A stretch of 40,350 nt of DNA from IMG/VR virus record IMGVR_UViG_3300045988_141150; one strand, written 5' to 3'. Below, one piece after another: positions 1 to 8,246 of this stretch. Numbering within the stretch: position 1 is the first letter of the stretch; the number at the start of each line of letters is the position of its first letter. Made by a program: the position numbers and the translations under genes. The notes beneath the pieces were generated by a model, which worked only from the letters and a program-made list of their open reading frames with translations, had not been told where the DNA came from and did no database searches. The stretch comes from a virus.

Positions 1-95
1 CACGAACATTGAACGCATGATTGCGTTCCATGTGGGCGAAAATGACTATGAATTGACCCTGATTCAGAAGCGAAAGCCCAAAAACTGACAAAAAA

Positions 96-130
96 GGGTG
101 AAAAACCGCTGAAAAATGCGGTTTTTCACC
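96..130. other. Inverted repeat GAAAAACCGC-N8-GCGGTTTTTC. It could act as a bidirectional terminator or simply be an RNA hairpin.
   Basis: A 10-bp perfect stem is visible in the sequence, with a T-run on the minus-strand side. Confidence 0.3.
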
Positions 131-205
131 CGAAAACAAGTCAAAAAATGCAAAAAATAATGGTTGAGAGAACGATGGTAAACCTCAATCAATAGAGAGG
201 ATTTT

Positions 206-622
206 GTGTCAATGGAAAAGATTACTATTAAACTACGCCGATTTAAGGACGGTAGACCGCCTGTTTCAATGGAGTTTATGCCCGATTGTGGCGAGAATCT
301 GAAAGACGTTCAAGCGGTCTACTTTTTCAAGTTTTACAACAACAACAAACTTGAATTTAATAAAGTAGGCACTTCCGCAAAAGACGTTGTAGGGCGCTTG
401 CGTGATGAAATCGGCGAGTATTCAAAAAAGTATCCTATCACGCGAGTTGAAATTCATCGAATCCGCTCTTGCGGAGACTACCCCGCCGAGGGCGCGGAAA
501 GCGCGTTGCGTGCGGAACTGATTAGACGCTATCCCAAAGCGTTTAGAAAGAATGACCGCTTTTTTAATGTGGACATTAGCCCCACGGTGTTCGATGAAAT
601 CGTAAGCGCATTTCTTGCATAA
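206..622 (+). CDS. Hypothetical protein of 138 aa. The start is GTG at 206 or ATG at 212.
   Basis: The ORF is in the track. An AGAGAGGA RBS lies upstream and a terminator hairpin lies downstream. Confidence 0.5.
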   Translation: MSMEKITIKLRRFKDGRPPVSMEFMPDCGENLKDVQAVYFFKFYNNNKLEFNKVGTSAKDVVGRLRDEIGEYSKKYPITRVEIHRIRSCGDYPAEGAESALRAELIRRYPKAFRKNDRFFNVDISPTVFDEIVSAFLA

Positions 623-632
623 ATATTCAATC

Positions 633-665
633 AGCAGGTTGACTAAAACCTGCTGATTTTTTTTG
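633..665 (+). terminator. Rho-independent terminator.
   Basis: Hairpin CAGCAGGTT-N7-ACCTGCTG followed by a run of eight T. Confidence 0.7.
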
Positions 666-677
666 TGCATTTTGCCT

Positions 678-707
678 ATTGACAAGCGGGGAAAAGTGTG
701 GTATAAT
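678..707 (+). promoter_or_regulatory. Sigma70-like promoter of family B: TTGACA, an 18-nt spacer, TATAAT.
   Basis: The hexamers match consensus. The upstream element TGTGCATTTTGCCTATTGACA is conserved in three copies, at 667, 784 and 1171. Confidence 0.6.
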
Positions 708-710
708 TGG

Positions 711-737
711 CCGGCCGTAAACTGACGCCACGGCCGG
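711..737 (+). other. GC-rich hairpin immediately downstream of the promoter: CCGGCCG-N13-CGGCCGG.
   Basis: A 7-bp GC stem is visible in the sequence. Confidence 0.5.
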
Positions 738-783
738 AATTTCGTATCAATAGGCAAGTTCAACAATTTTTGAGCGAAATGTT

Positions 784-832
784 TGTGCATTTTGTCTATT
801 GATTTTATCCCGAAAATGTAGTATCTTATAAT
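784..832 (+). promoter_or_regulatory. Second copy of the family-B promoter element, with a poorer -35 (TTGATT/TTTTAT) and TATAAT at 827..832.
   Basis: It shares the upstream motif TGTGCATTTTGTCTATTGA. Spacing to the -10 is ambiguous. Confidence 0.4.
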
Positions 833-856
833 TACAGAAAGGGAGAGTGATACAAA

Positions 857-982
857 ATGCGGTGTGTTGAATGTCCGTACTACTACTGGAATGACTACGT
901 GGAGATGGAAATCTGCCATGCTGACCCCAACTGGCCCGCCCCTTGCGAATACGATGATGAACCAGAGGAGGAAGAAAAATGA
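857..982 (+). CDS. Small acidic Cys-rich protein of 41 aa: MRCVECPYYYWNDYVEMEICHADPNWPAPCEYDDEPEEEEK.
   Basis: ATG follows an AAAGGGAGAG RBS. The ORF is shorter than the track cutoff. It has a paralogue immediately downstream. Confidence 0.45.
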   Translation: MRCVECPYYYWNDYVEMEICHADPNWPAPCEYDDEPEEEEK

Positions 983-1134
983 AACATTATCATTGCCCTG
1001 TAAATGGTTGGGATTGTCCTTACTACACAGACGACCCTCAGCCTTGTATGTGTACGCTGGAAGACCCATTCCACGATTGCGATGATTTCGCATCGATGTG
1101 GGATGAAGATGATGATTACACAGATTATGATTAA
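979..1134 (+). CDS. Small acidic Cys-rich protein of 51 aa: MKHYHCPVNGWDCPYYTDDPQPCMC..., a paralogue of the previous gene.
   Basis: ATG overlaps the upstream stop (ATGA). It shares the C-P-Y-Y and D-P-x-x-P-C motifs and is followed by a terminator. Confidence 0.45.
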   Translation: MKHYHCPVNGWDCPYYTDDPQPCMCTLEDPFHDCDDFASMWDEDDDYTDYD

Positions 1135-1140
1135 AATTTT

Positions 1141-1171
1141 CGGGCAGAAAAATCTGCCCGAATTTTTTTTT
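1141..1171 (+). terminator. Rho-independent terminator.
   Basis: Hairpin CGGGCAGA-N4-TCTGCCCG followed by a run of nine T. Confidence 0.7.
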
Positions 1172-1214
1172 GTGTAAAATGCCTATTGACAAAGCCTGCG
1201 GTTTGTGGTATAAT
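1171..1214 (+). promoter_or_regulatory. Third family-B promoter: TTGACA at 1186..1191, a 17-nt spacer, TATAAT at 1209..1214.
   Basis: Consensus hexamers plus the conserved upstream TGTGTAAAATGCCTATTGACA. Confidence 0.6.
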
Positions 1215-1227
1215 AAAGGCGGGGCTG

Positions 1228-1257
1228 GCCGGGCCGGGGTGGGACGTCCCGGCCCGA
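1228..1257 (+). other. GC-rich hairpin downstream of the promoter. It contains the perfect palindrome GGGACGTCCC.
   Basis: GGGCCGGG...CCCGGCCC stem, visible in the sequence. Confidence 0.5.
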
Positions 1258-1336
1258 TTTCCCGATCGGTATACCCATATGCGAAATTTTTCATACTTCT
1301 AGCACCTCTCCATATGGCCCAAAAAAATCCCGAAAA

Positions 1337-1365
1337 TTGACTTTTTATAAAAAATATGTTATAAT
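1337..1365 (+). promoter_or_regulatory. Copy of the family-A repeated promoter motif: TTGACT, a 17-nt spacer, TATAAT.
   Basis: It matches the recurrent motif TTGAyTTTTTATAAAAAATA-TATAAT. Confidence 0.5.
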
Positions 1366-1475
1366 GATAAAAAAAGACTTTTTTAAGCCCGCGTAGGATC
1401 ATATGCCTTTATGATTAATTAAAAATTGCTTCGCCCTTACATTGTTTCACGCGTATGTTTTCATTCAAAAAAATC

Positions 1476-1504
1476 TTGACATTTTTAAAAAAAAAGTATA
1501 TAAT
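1476..1504 (+). promoter_or_regulatory. Family-A promoter: TTGACA, a 17-nt spacer, TATAAT. It drives the gene at 1536.
   Basis: Consensus hexamers, followed by ATATATAGAAAATAAGAAAAGAGG. Confidence 0.6.
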
Positions 1505-1535
1505 ATATATAGAAAATAAGAAAAGAGGTATTCAT

Positions 1536-1913
1536 ATGGATATGAATGATATTGTTGCTCGTCTGAAAAATGGTGAGGACGCTCAGACTATTGCGGACGA
1601 GATGGAAAATGCTCTGAATGATGCGATTAAGCAGGTGGAGAAGGAAACCAAGCAGGCCGATCGGAAGACCGCGCTCGCGCAAGAAATCGCCGATCGGATT
1701 AACGAGTATGCCGCTCTTAATGGCCACAAGGATTCCGCGTTGACCGCGTCCGATGTGGAGACTATCTTTGCTGAGGTTTACGGTCTTATGAACGGGGTCA
1801 ACGATCTTATTGACGCGCTTTTCCCCAAGAGCACACAGGTAAAGGTTAAGAAGGTCAAGAAAACTGATGATGATGTAATTGCCGAGTTTTTGAACACTTT
1901 CATTAATAAGTGA
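1536..1913 (+). CDS. Hypothetical protein of 125 aa.
   Basis: In frame within track ORF 1455..1913. ATG follows an AAGAGG RBS. A terminator lies downstream. Confidence 0.6.
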   Translation: MDMNDIVARLKNGEDAQTIADEMENALNDAIKQVEKETKQADRKTALAQEIADRINEYAALNGHKDSALTASDVETIFAEVYGLMNGVNDLIDALFPKSTQVKVKKVKKTDDDVIAEFLNTFINK

Positions 1914-1985
1914 ACAATGTGTCGGGTGAGATATTTTTCATCCTAAGAATTGACAATTTCACCAAGAATTGCCTAATATGAAAGA

Positions 1986-2016
1986 AGAGAGACTAAAAAA
2001 AGTCTCTCTTTTTTTT
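1986..2016 (+). terminator. Rho-independent terminator.
   Basis: Hairpin AGAGAGACT-N6-AGTCTCTCT followed by a run of eight T. Confidence 0.7.
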
Positions 2017-2257
2017 AGGTTCGGAGATCGGAGACGGGAAAAAGTGGTTGGTGGTTTAGTAAAACCGATCGGCACCACACTCTCGCAATTTTCGCTATTT
2101 TAGCAATTTCTACAATTATTCCACGTCGTCCGAATTATCCAAACCTTTAATTACTATCCAAAAGCGAATCAACCAATATAGGTCTATTAACGGTCTCTTC
2201 CAGCGTTCCATAGGCAATATCCAACAGCCACACCAATTAAAAACCAAATAATACCAC

Positions 2258-2662
2258 TCATACAAGCAACTCCTCCAACTTTGTCTTAAATACACTATCA
2301 AGAATGTCATCAGCAAGCGTTCTCTTACTGAGATCCACATCTTCTGATCCAGAAGCAACCCCATTAACGAGGGCGCTTGTGTCCGAAGTCGTCTGCGGCT
2401 GCTTCTCAAACGCGGGCTTCACATATCTATATTCATTCTCGATATATTCTATCTTACCTTGCTCAGTAATTCGACCAAGAACCTTACCATTAAAAACCAA
2501 CTTATTACAGTCATCCCAAATAAGATATGCGCCTTGCGTATTCTCCCTATTAAAAAACTCTTTCTTAGTAGTAGCAATTACATTCCAATTGCGGAAAACG
2601 CCTACCTTTTCTCCATTATTCTTTTTCAGTTCTTCAGTTGTAAATTTCATTTCAGTTTTCAA
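2258..2662 (-). CDS. Hypothetical protein of 134 aa.
   Basis: The ORF is in the track and has no in-frame TAG. Confidence 0.5.
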   Translation of the reverse strand: MKTEMKFTTEELKKNNGEKVGVFRNWNVIATTKKEFFNRENTQGAYLIWDDCNKLVFNGKVLGRITEQGKIEYIENEYRYVKPAFEKQPQTTSDTSALVNGVASGSEDVDLSKRTLADDILDSVFKTKLEELLV

Positions 2663-3139
2663 ATCCTTACTTTCATTTCATTTTTTGAATAGTTCCCCGA
2701 GACAAATACCCCTGCTTTACGCAGAAATAACCTACCCCGGTATTCCATTTTAAAATTATATTTCTTTCTTTTATTATTTATATTATAATATATTATTTAT
2801 TATAAATCAAATAAACTCCTAAAGAAATGGATTTTCTTCTATTGATTCAGGTCTATCCTCATATTTCATTTTAATTGGTTTTGTACTATCTGGAACAACA
2901 AAATAAATAGTATTATCTTTCATATATAAATCAGGTTTTATCATATTTGTTTTATCTATCATCTTATCAAACTATTCTTGCGTTCCTCTTACAAATCTTA
3001 CTATTGAAGGATTGCCTTTTCCGCCCCTTACTTCTTCATAATTATATTCCATTACTTTTTACTCCTTTTGCTCTCATTACTGCCCCTGAATTACCCAGCC
3101 GATATATATTAAATATTATCTATTATATATATATTAATA

Positions 3140-3382
3140 GGAACTTTTTGTTCCGAAAATATAGGCAATTCGGAACTAACGGTTCCAAACATAAGGGGCA
3201 TTTTGGAACTAACGGTTCCGCAGTCCCTAATAATTCATCACGTTTTAAATGAATGGAACTAACGGTTCCGAATTTAATGTTAAAATTCAAATTTGTCTTC
3301 TTTCGGAACTTTTTGTTCCACTTTACTATTATTAATTATCTATTTTTGAATAACAACCTATCCCTTCGGAACTTTTTGTTCC
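3140..3382. repeat. Array of six palindromes GGAAC-N4/5-GTTCC. GGAACTTTTTGTTCC occurs three times and GGAACTAACGGTTCC three times.
   Basis: Exact copies sit at 3140, 3172, 3205, 3255, 3305 and 3368. They lie in a 600-bp non-coding gap between two minus-strand genes. Confidence 0.8.
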
Positions 3383-3711
3383 AGAAAATCATTACAATTA
3401 TCATAAAAATCATATTTTCCTTCCGCGGTTTCGACTAAATAGTTATTATTCTTTAAATCATTTATACCAGCATCAATAGCCTTGCGGACTGCCCTTGCTT
3501 CACTCGCCTTTGAATAATCTTTTCCTAACCAATTGGCATAAGCGGTCGGATTCATAGTCCAAACAAAATTATTAGTATTACCAGCTAAATATAAATATAA
3601 TCTTAAACCATTCAATGTTAAACTCCCAGTAGCCTAACCCAACGTAGGAGTGTTTATTGAAGTAAAATTACCACTCTATAAAACTTCTTTATGAATCTTA
3701 AATAGGCTCAT
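3358..3711 (-). CDS. Hypothetical protein of 117 codons. It is readable only with TAG as sense, with two in-frame TAG.
   Basis: It extends track ORF 3358..3615 upstream through two in-frame CTA (minus-strand TAG) codons to an ATG at 3709..3711. Confidence 0.45.
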
Positions 3712-3887
3712 TATTTCTTGCCCATTAATTCATCCAGAGCCTAAACTAACTCCGGAGTCTTTTCATATATCCAACACATAAAGTTAGGCTTCCGCGGATT
3801 TGCGGTTGTTGTTATTGGATATATTCCTTTCTTTTCTAATTCTAAATATATTCTTAATGAATATATAATTTTATTGGCATTTGGCAT
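3711..3887 (-). CDS. Small hypothetical protein of 58 aa with one in-frame TAG.
   Basis: ATG follows an AAAGGAG RBS on the minus strand. Its TAA overlaps the downstream ATG. Confidence 0.4.
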
Positions 3888-3916
3888 ATTAGCGACTCCT
3901 TTAAGCAATTAAAATA

Positions 3917-4474
3917 TTATTCTAAATATTTAAATGGAGCCAATCTTGATACTTTTTTATTATGTTCCGATTGAAAAATATAATCTAATGGAAGTTGAAT
4001 TCCATCTTTAATCGGATAAGCATAAAATTCGAGACAATCTTTACGCTCTCTTAGGTATCCATGATGAACTAATAAGTCAAAATTAAATACAATATCTTCT
4101 ATATCTTTACAATACTAAATATCTGTATTTAAGATATCATTAAAATGAATATAATCTCCATCCTTTTTATTCATTACATAACACCATAACTCAAAGTTAA
4201 TATAATAAGCGAATGTGTATGTAAATAAATAAAGCGGAACTCCATTATATGCTTTATGTGAAGCCAAAGGCGGAATCTCTCTATTTATTTTAATAGGTTT
4301 AGTAAAATCTAATACTGCTCCTGTTTCATATAAATCATAATTATCAGGACTATTTTTTATAACTTGATAATGTTCCTTTTCAGCAATCTATTCAATATCT
4401 TTAACCGCTCTCATACTACCTTTCTTATAATAGTATTTGTCGTGGAAAAAAGTTATCAATTCCTTTTTAGTCAA
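3917..4474 (-). CDS. Hypothetical protein of 185 codons with two in-frame TAG and a TTG start.
   Basis: An AAAAGGAGGAGG RBS on the minus strand precedes a continuous frame that ends in TAA. The two in-frame TAG hide it from the standard-code ORF track. Confidence 0.45.
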
Positions 4475-4871
4475 TTTATAAGTCCTCCTCCTTTTCTTTT
4501 TAATTGTTCTATAATAAATAAAAATTTTTTTAATACTTTTAATTGCGTTTGCCCACAAATTTTTAAATATTTTTCTAAAAGTAATAATTTGTCTTACATT
4601 TTAATACAAAATGGTAAAAATTTTCTACAATTTTAACTAACGCGGTTTTCCCGTCTAATGTTCCTTCTATCCTAAGCATAGCGATCTCTAATATCTACAT
4701 AAGCGACTATGAAAAATTGCCTACAATTTTTACCTATTTTAATTACATTTAATATGTTTGCCCAAGCGCTTTTATTTTTTATTTAATTCAAAAAACATTT
4801 ATTGATTTTTATTAAATTTTAATATATAATATAAATATAAAATAAAGAAAAACTATTAAAGGTGATAAAAA

Positions 4872-5069
4872 ATGCTAGCTAAACTTATTGATAATCAAGG
4901 TCAAACTCATATCATCAATACGACCCATATTCATTCAATTTCCGTAAAGAATTCTGGGTCGGATAAACTTGTGATGGTTTTTTGGGACAATGAAACAAAA
5001 ACCGCGTATTATGTAAAACCCACTGAGTATAGCACTTTTATCAATTCTATTTTTAAGGAGGATAAGTAA
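4872..5069 (+). CDS. Hypothetical protein of 65 aa.
   Basis: The ORF is in the track. An AAAGGTGAT RBS lies upstream, and a family-A-like promoter lies at about 4795 to 4850. Confidence 0.55.
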   Translation: MLAKLIDNQGQTHIINTTHIHSISVKNSGSDKLVMVFWDNETKTAYYVKPTEYSTFINSIFKEDK

Positions 5070-5070
5070 T

Positions 5071-5409
5071 ATGTCTGTTGATTTTGGTTCTAAGCTCGTG
5101 TGTGGCTACAAAGTCTCTAAGAACCTTCTTGAGAACTATGATAATATGGCTGAGGCTATTGAACAGCTTACCGAAGAAGGTTATTGGCATCGCGCAAGCT
5201 GCTATGATAACGACGAAAATCCTATCTTCGGCTATCTTCTCGGTAAGTCTTCCGCGGGCGAGGCCGTCCGCATCGACAACATCTTCATCGCTCCGCAGGA
5301 GTATTATCGCCTTAACGACACAATGAAGGAAGCTTACGCAAAGTTTCTCAAAATCCCCATCGAAAGCCTTGATGATCCCGAGATTTTTCTAATCTCTACA
5401 ATTTCTTAA
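5071..5409 (+). CDS. Hypothetical protein of 112 aa.
   Basis: The ORF is in the track. An AAGGAGGA RBS lies upstream. It is tightly packed with its neighbours. Confidence 0.6.
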   Translation: MSVDFGSKLVCGYKVSKNLLENYDNMAEAIEQLTEEGYWHRASCYDNDENPIFGYLLGKSSAGEAVRIDNIFIAPQEYYRLNDTMKEAYAKFLKIPIESLDDPEIFLISTIS

Positions 5410-5425
5410 AGAAAGGAAAATAAAT

Positions 5426-5680
5426 ATGAAACAATGCCCTGTTTATTATGAAGCACGCTATTGGGACGATTCTGATAAAATGGATAGACTTACGTGCGGT
5501 TTTATCTTCGCGGAAACCCTCGCAGAAGCCGGCCGTTGGGCAGAAGAATATTTCGAAGATCTTATCACTATCGCATTTACCCCTCTTGACGAGGGCCCTT
5601 TGCGCGTCAATCATGATCTTGCTAACAAGATTCTAAAATTTGACGGCGAAGATGCTCCATATTCTGCTAAAGTGCTATGA
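5426..5680 (+). CDS. Hypothetical protein of 84 aa.
   Basis: The ORF is in the track, with an AAAGGAAA RBS. Confidence 0.55.
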   Translation: MKQCPVYYEARYWDDSDKMDRLTCGFIFAETLAEAGRWAEEYFEDLITIAFTPLDEGPLRVNHDLANKILKFDGEDAPYSAKVL

Positions 5681-6120
5681 TGACTTTCCTATGTAAGAAT
5701 TGCGCTTACCTTTTGTCTAATGGTGCTTGTCCAATAGCAGGATATTCACCCGACCCCAATCAACCCGTTTGTAATAGCTTTAGCGACACTAAGTATACTT
5801 GTAAAGTTTGTCATAACCCAATTTTCCATAAGCAAATGGTTATTGACGACAAAGGAAATACTTATTGCGATAAATGTTTCGCAAGACTTAGCACATGCGC
5901 TAATTGTGAACAAAATGTGAACTGCGCATTTAATGATTCTCCCGACACGCCGAAAATGGTCCAAAAGCGAGAAATCGTTGGAAATATGCAAGCCGTCACG
6001 AATGTCCGTAATCCCGACATTGTCGAAAAGACGTGTAAGAAAGGTTGTTCTTGTTTTAACGAAGAAAATGGCTGTATGAGAGATTTCAATTGTTGCGATA
6101 AACTTAACCCTATTCTTTAA
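5677..6120 (+). CDS. Cys-rich zinc-ribbon protein of 147 aa.
   Basis: It has multiple CxxC pairs, such as CKNCAY, CKVCHNP, CDKC and CANC. Its start overlaps the upstream stop. Confidence 0.55.
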   Translation: MMTFLCKNCAYLLSNGACPIAGYSPDPNQPVCNSFSDTKYTCKVCHNPIFHKQMVIDDKGNTYCDKCFARLSTCANCEQNVNCAFNDSPDTPKMVQKREIVGNMQAVTNVRNPDIVEKTCKKGCSCFNEENGCMRDFNCCDKLNPIL

Positions 6121-6134
6121 AGGAGTTTTTAAAT

Positions 6135-6734
6135 ATGTTTATCTTCTTCTTGAAAACGCTGATGGGCGGATTTGTTCTACCGGCCTTAATTATTTTTCTA
6201 ATTTTCGCCATTCATTCTGCTTATCGTAGTTATAGGTATTATAGCACTCTTTCCGATCCTAAGGCCAAGCATTTCCGCAATTGGTCTCATCGCGACCGCG
6301 TTGATATTCTCCGTCAAATTATTCCTGCCTTTTGGATCGGCGTTTGTCTTTACCTCGCGGTAGGCATGTTTGGCGGAGTTATGATGTCTTCGGCTGTTGA
6401 TGACTATTCTAAGTATGATTATACGATTACGGAAGCCCAAGAGCTAACAAGTATAGATAACGATGGCAATATCTATACTTACCGTGCCTTTGAAGGTGAG
6501 ACTGTTTATTACACTTATCTTACACTCAGCACTGATGGCATTATGAGCACTGAGACCCATCCCGTGAATGACACAGTAATTGTTTACTCTAATCAGGTTC
6601 CGCACATTGAAAAGCGTCTCCCACGTTATGGCGATTGGAGAGAGTGGTTCTTTGTCTGCTCTAAGTCAACGCGAGCTTACCTTTATATTCCAGAAGGAAC
6701 AGATATAGCGAAAGATTATATTGTGGAGAAATAA
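6135..6734 (+). CDS. Membrane protein of 199 aa.
   Basis: The N-terminus is hydrophobic and a second TM segment is present. The ORF is in the track. Confidence 0.55.
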   Translation: MFIFFLKTLMGGFVLPALIIFLIFAIHSAYRSYRYYSTLSDPKAKHFRNWSHRDRVDILRQIIPAFWIGVCLYLAVGMFGGVMMSSAVDDYSKYDYTITEAQELTSIDNDGNIYTYRAFEGETVYYTYLTLSTDGIMSTETHPVNDTVIVYSNQVPHIEKRLPRYGDWREWFFVCSKSTRAYLYIPEGTDIAKDYIVEK

Positions 6735-6735
6735 A

Positions 6736-7005
6736 ATGAACAAAGGTGATTTAATTTATTTAAAAATGTCTAACGGCGACAGTGTTTTCTTCAACGTAAA
6801 TGAAATCGTTGCGGTTCTTGTTTCTCATATTGCCAAGGATAATTCAGATGATGACAGTATTTCTACTGAAACTTTTGAAACAAAACTTGACTTTTATATG
6901 AATGATAAATCTCATTATGAATATGTCTTTGATGATAGGTATTCTAATGGTACCGCAATTCTAAAACAACTTAAAAATTTTGTTTCTGAGGAGGCATTCA
7001 AATGA
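6736..7005 (+). CDS. Hypothetical protein of 89 aa.
   Basis: ATG lies in the frame of track ORF 6721..7005, with a GGAGAAATAAA RBS. Confidence 0.55.
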   Translation: MNKGDLIYLKMSNGDSVFFNVNEIVAVLVSHIAKDNSDDDSISTETFETKLDFYMNDKSHYEYVFDDRYSNGTAILKQLKNFVSEEAFK

Positions 7006-7247
7006 TTGTAATTTTACACAACTTCCGCGGTTCTAAGTATCTTATTAATACTAACAATATTAACGCCGTCGAAATTCGACCCGTGAATTCTGAAACTTAT
7101 GCAAAAGAAATCGCGGAAGCAGGCGGTGGTCCGCTCTCGTTTATTTACATTGATTGGCAATTCAATGCTTCAACAAGCATTCTCGTATCTTCTGAAACTG
7201 CCGAAGAGTTTCTCAATCTTTTTGAAGGCGCGATTGAAATCTTTTAA
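7002..7247 (+). CDS. Hypothetical protein of 81 aa.
   Basis: The ORF is in the track and overlaps the upstream stop. Confidence 0.55.
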   Translation: MIVILHNFRGSKYLINTNNINAVEIRPVNSETYAKEIAEAGGGPLSFIYIDWQFNASTSILVSSETAEEFLNLFEGAIEIF

Positions 7248-7305
7248 TTTCTAAATATATTATAACAAAAATTTTGGGTAAAATCAATTAATGGAGGAAT
7301 AATAT

Positions 7306-7521
7306 ATGAAGCATATGCCTGTCTTATTCATTTATGACGCGTTCTGTGATGAGATTTACTGCGCCACAAATATAAGTGGATCTGACGCTCTCGAAATCGC
7401 TATGTCCGCGATCGAAGAGAATGTTGAGAAACGATTCCATTGTCGTAAATTTGATACAAGACTTTACAAAGATGCATTGGAAGATATGATTATTTATTAT
7501 AATTATGCTCCCGTTCTCTAA
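7306..7521 (+). CDS. Hypothetical protein of 71 aa.
   Basis: The ORF is in the track, with a GGAGGAATAATAT RBS. Confidence 0.55.
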   Translation: MKHMPVLFIYDAFCDEIYCATNISGSDALEIAMSAIEENVEKRFHCRKFDTRLYKDALEDMIIYYNYAPVL

Positions 7522-7530
7522 TTTTTAAAA

Positions 7531-7559
7531 GGATTTGCGCAAACCGCAAATCCTTTTTT
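7531..7559 (+). terminator. Rho-independent terminator.
   Basis: Hairpin GGATTTGCG-N5-CGCAAATCC followed by a run of six T. Confidence 0.7.
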
Positions 7560-7610
7560 GATTTTTTATAAAAAATAATATATAATATATATATAAAGTA
7601 AAGAAAGGAA
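7558..7610 (+). promoter_or_regulatory. Family-A promoter: TTGATT, a 17-nt spacer, TATAAT, then ...AAAGTAAAGAAAGG.
   Basis: It matches the consensus motif. Confidence 0.6.
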
Positions 7611-7702
7611 ATAAAAATTATGACTACTTCTAATTCTAAGATTAAAACTCATTCCATTGGCATTCTTTGTGATACGGCGGGGGAGACCATAATTTCTATT
7701 TC

Positions 7703-7942
7703 TTGAATGCATCTGAGGCCGATATGCAGGAAATGTTTATGGAGTATTGTCGAGATATGGTCGATGATAGTCTTATGGAGCATCAGTTCGAGGTAATTCA
7801 GAAAGACTCTGATAATGATTGGTATCTTTATCACGGCGAGATGACTGGTGATTGGACGAAGAGATTCTCTTCTTATCTCGATATGATGAATAACGTCGCC
7901 GATGATGTTTTTATTGATTTCGTTGATGCGATTGAAATGTAA
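7703..7942 (+). CDS. Hypothetical acidic protein of about 79 aa. The start is uncertain.
   Basis: The ORF is in the track. A 28-codon ORF at 7620..7706 sits just after the promoter, so the true start may be the internal ATG near 7727. Confidence 0.4.
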   Translation: MNASEADMQEMFMEYCRDMVDDSLMEHQFEVIQKDSDNDWYLYHGEMTGDWTKRFSSYLDMMNNVADDVFIDFVDAIEM

Positions 7943-7953
7943 GGAGAATAATT

Positions 7954-8235
7954 ATGAAAGAAATTACTTGTTATAAAATTGAAGATGGAGTGATTGGTAA
8001 GTCTTGGACCTTCGCCAATATTTCTGAAGCAGAAATACAAGAGTTATATCTCGCTTTCATTGAAGGCGCAATCGAAGAAGATATTATGGAAACTCAGCGA
8101 ATCGAATACTTCGATCTCCCTCTTCCTAAGCCCGATTGGTGGCGAGTAGAAGAGGATTATCAGAAAGAAGTTGATAGACTTCGTCTTATGGATAGCGAGT
8201 TCTATATGCATAAATTTAATGCTTATACGTTTTAA
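7954..8235 (+). CDS. Hypothetical protein of 93 aa.
   Basis: The ORF is in the track, with an AAGGAGAATAAT RBS. Confidence 0.55.
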   Translation: MKEITCYKIEDGVIGKSWTFANISEAEIQELYLAFIEGAIEEDIMETQRIEYFDLPLPKPDWWRVEEDYQKEVDRLRLMDSEFYMHKFNAYTF

Positions 8236-8246
8236 GGAGAATATAA

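Noticed and set aside
422-1402. A 326-aa minus-strand ORF spanning the family-B promoters, hairpins and terminators.
   Set aside because: It lies antisense to three promoter-terminator units and two small plus-strand genes. Its composition is odd and it has no RBS. It is probably an artefact of the GC-richer segment.
2750-2830. AT-only tract of TATTATTTATATTATAATATATTATTTATTATAAAT, as a possible origin-unwinding element.
   Set aside because: It is low-complexity AT sequence and is common in this genome. Taken alone it is not distinctive.
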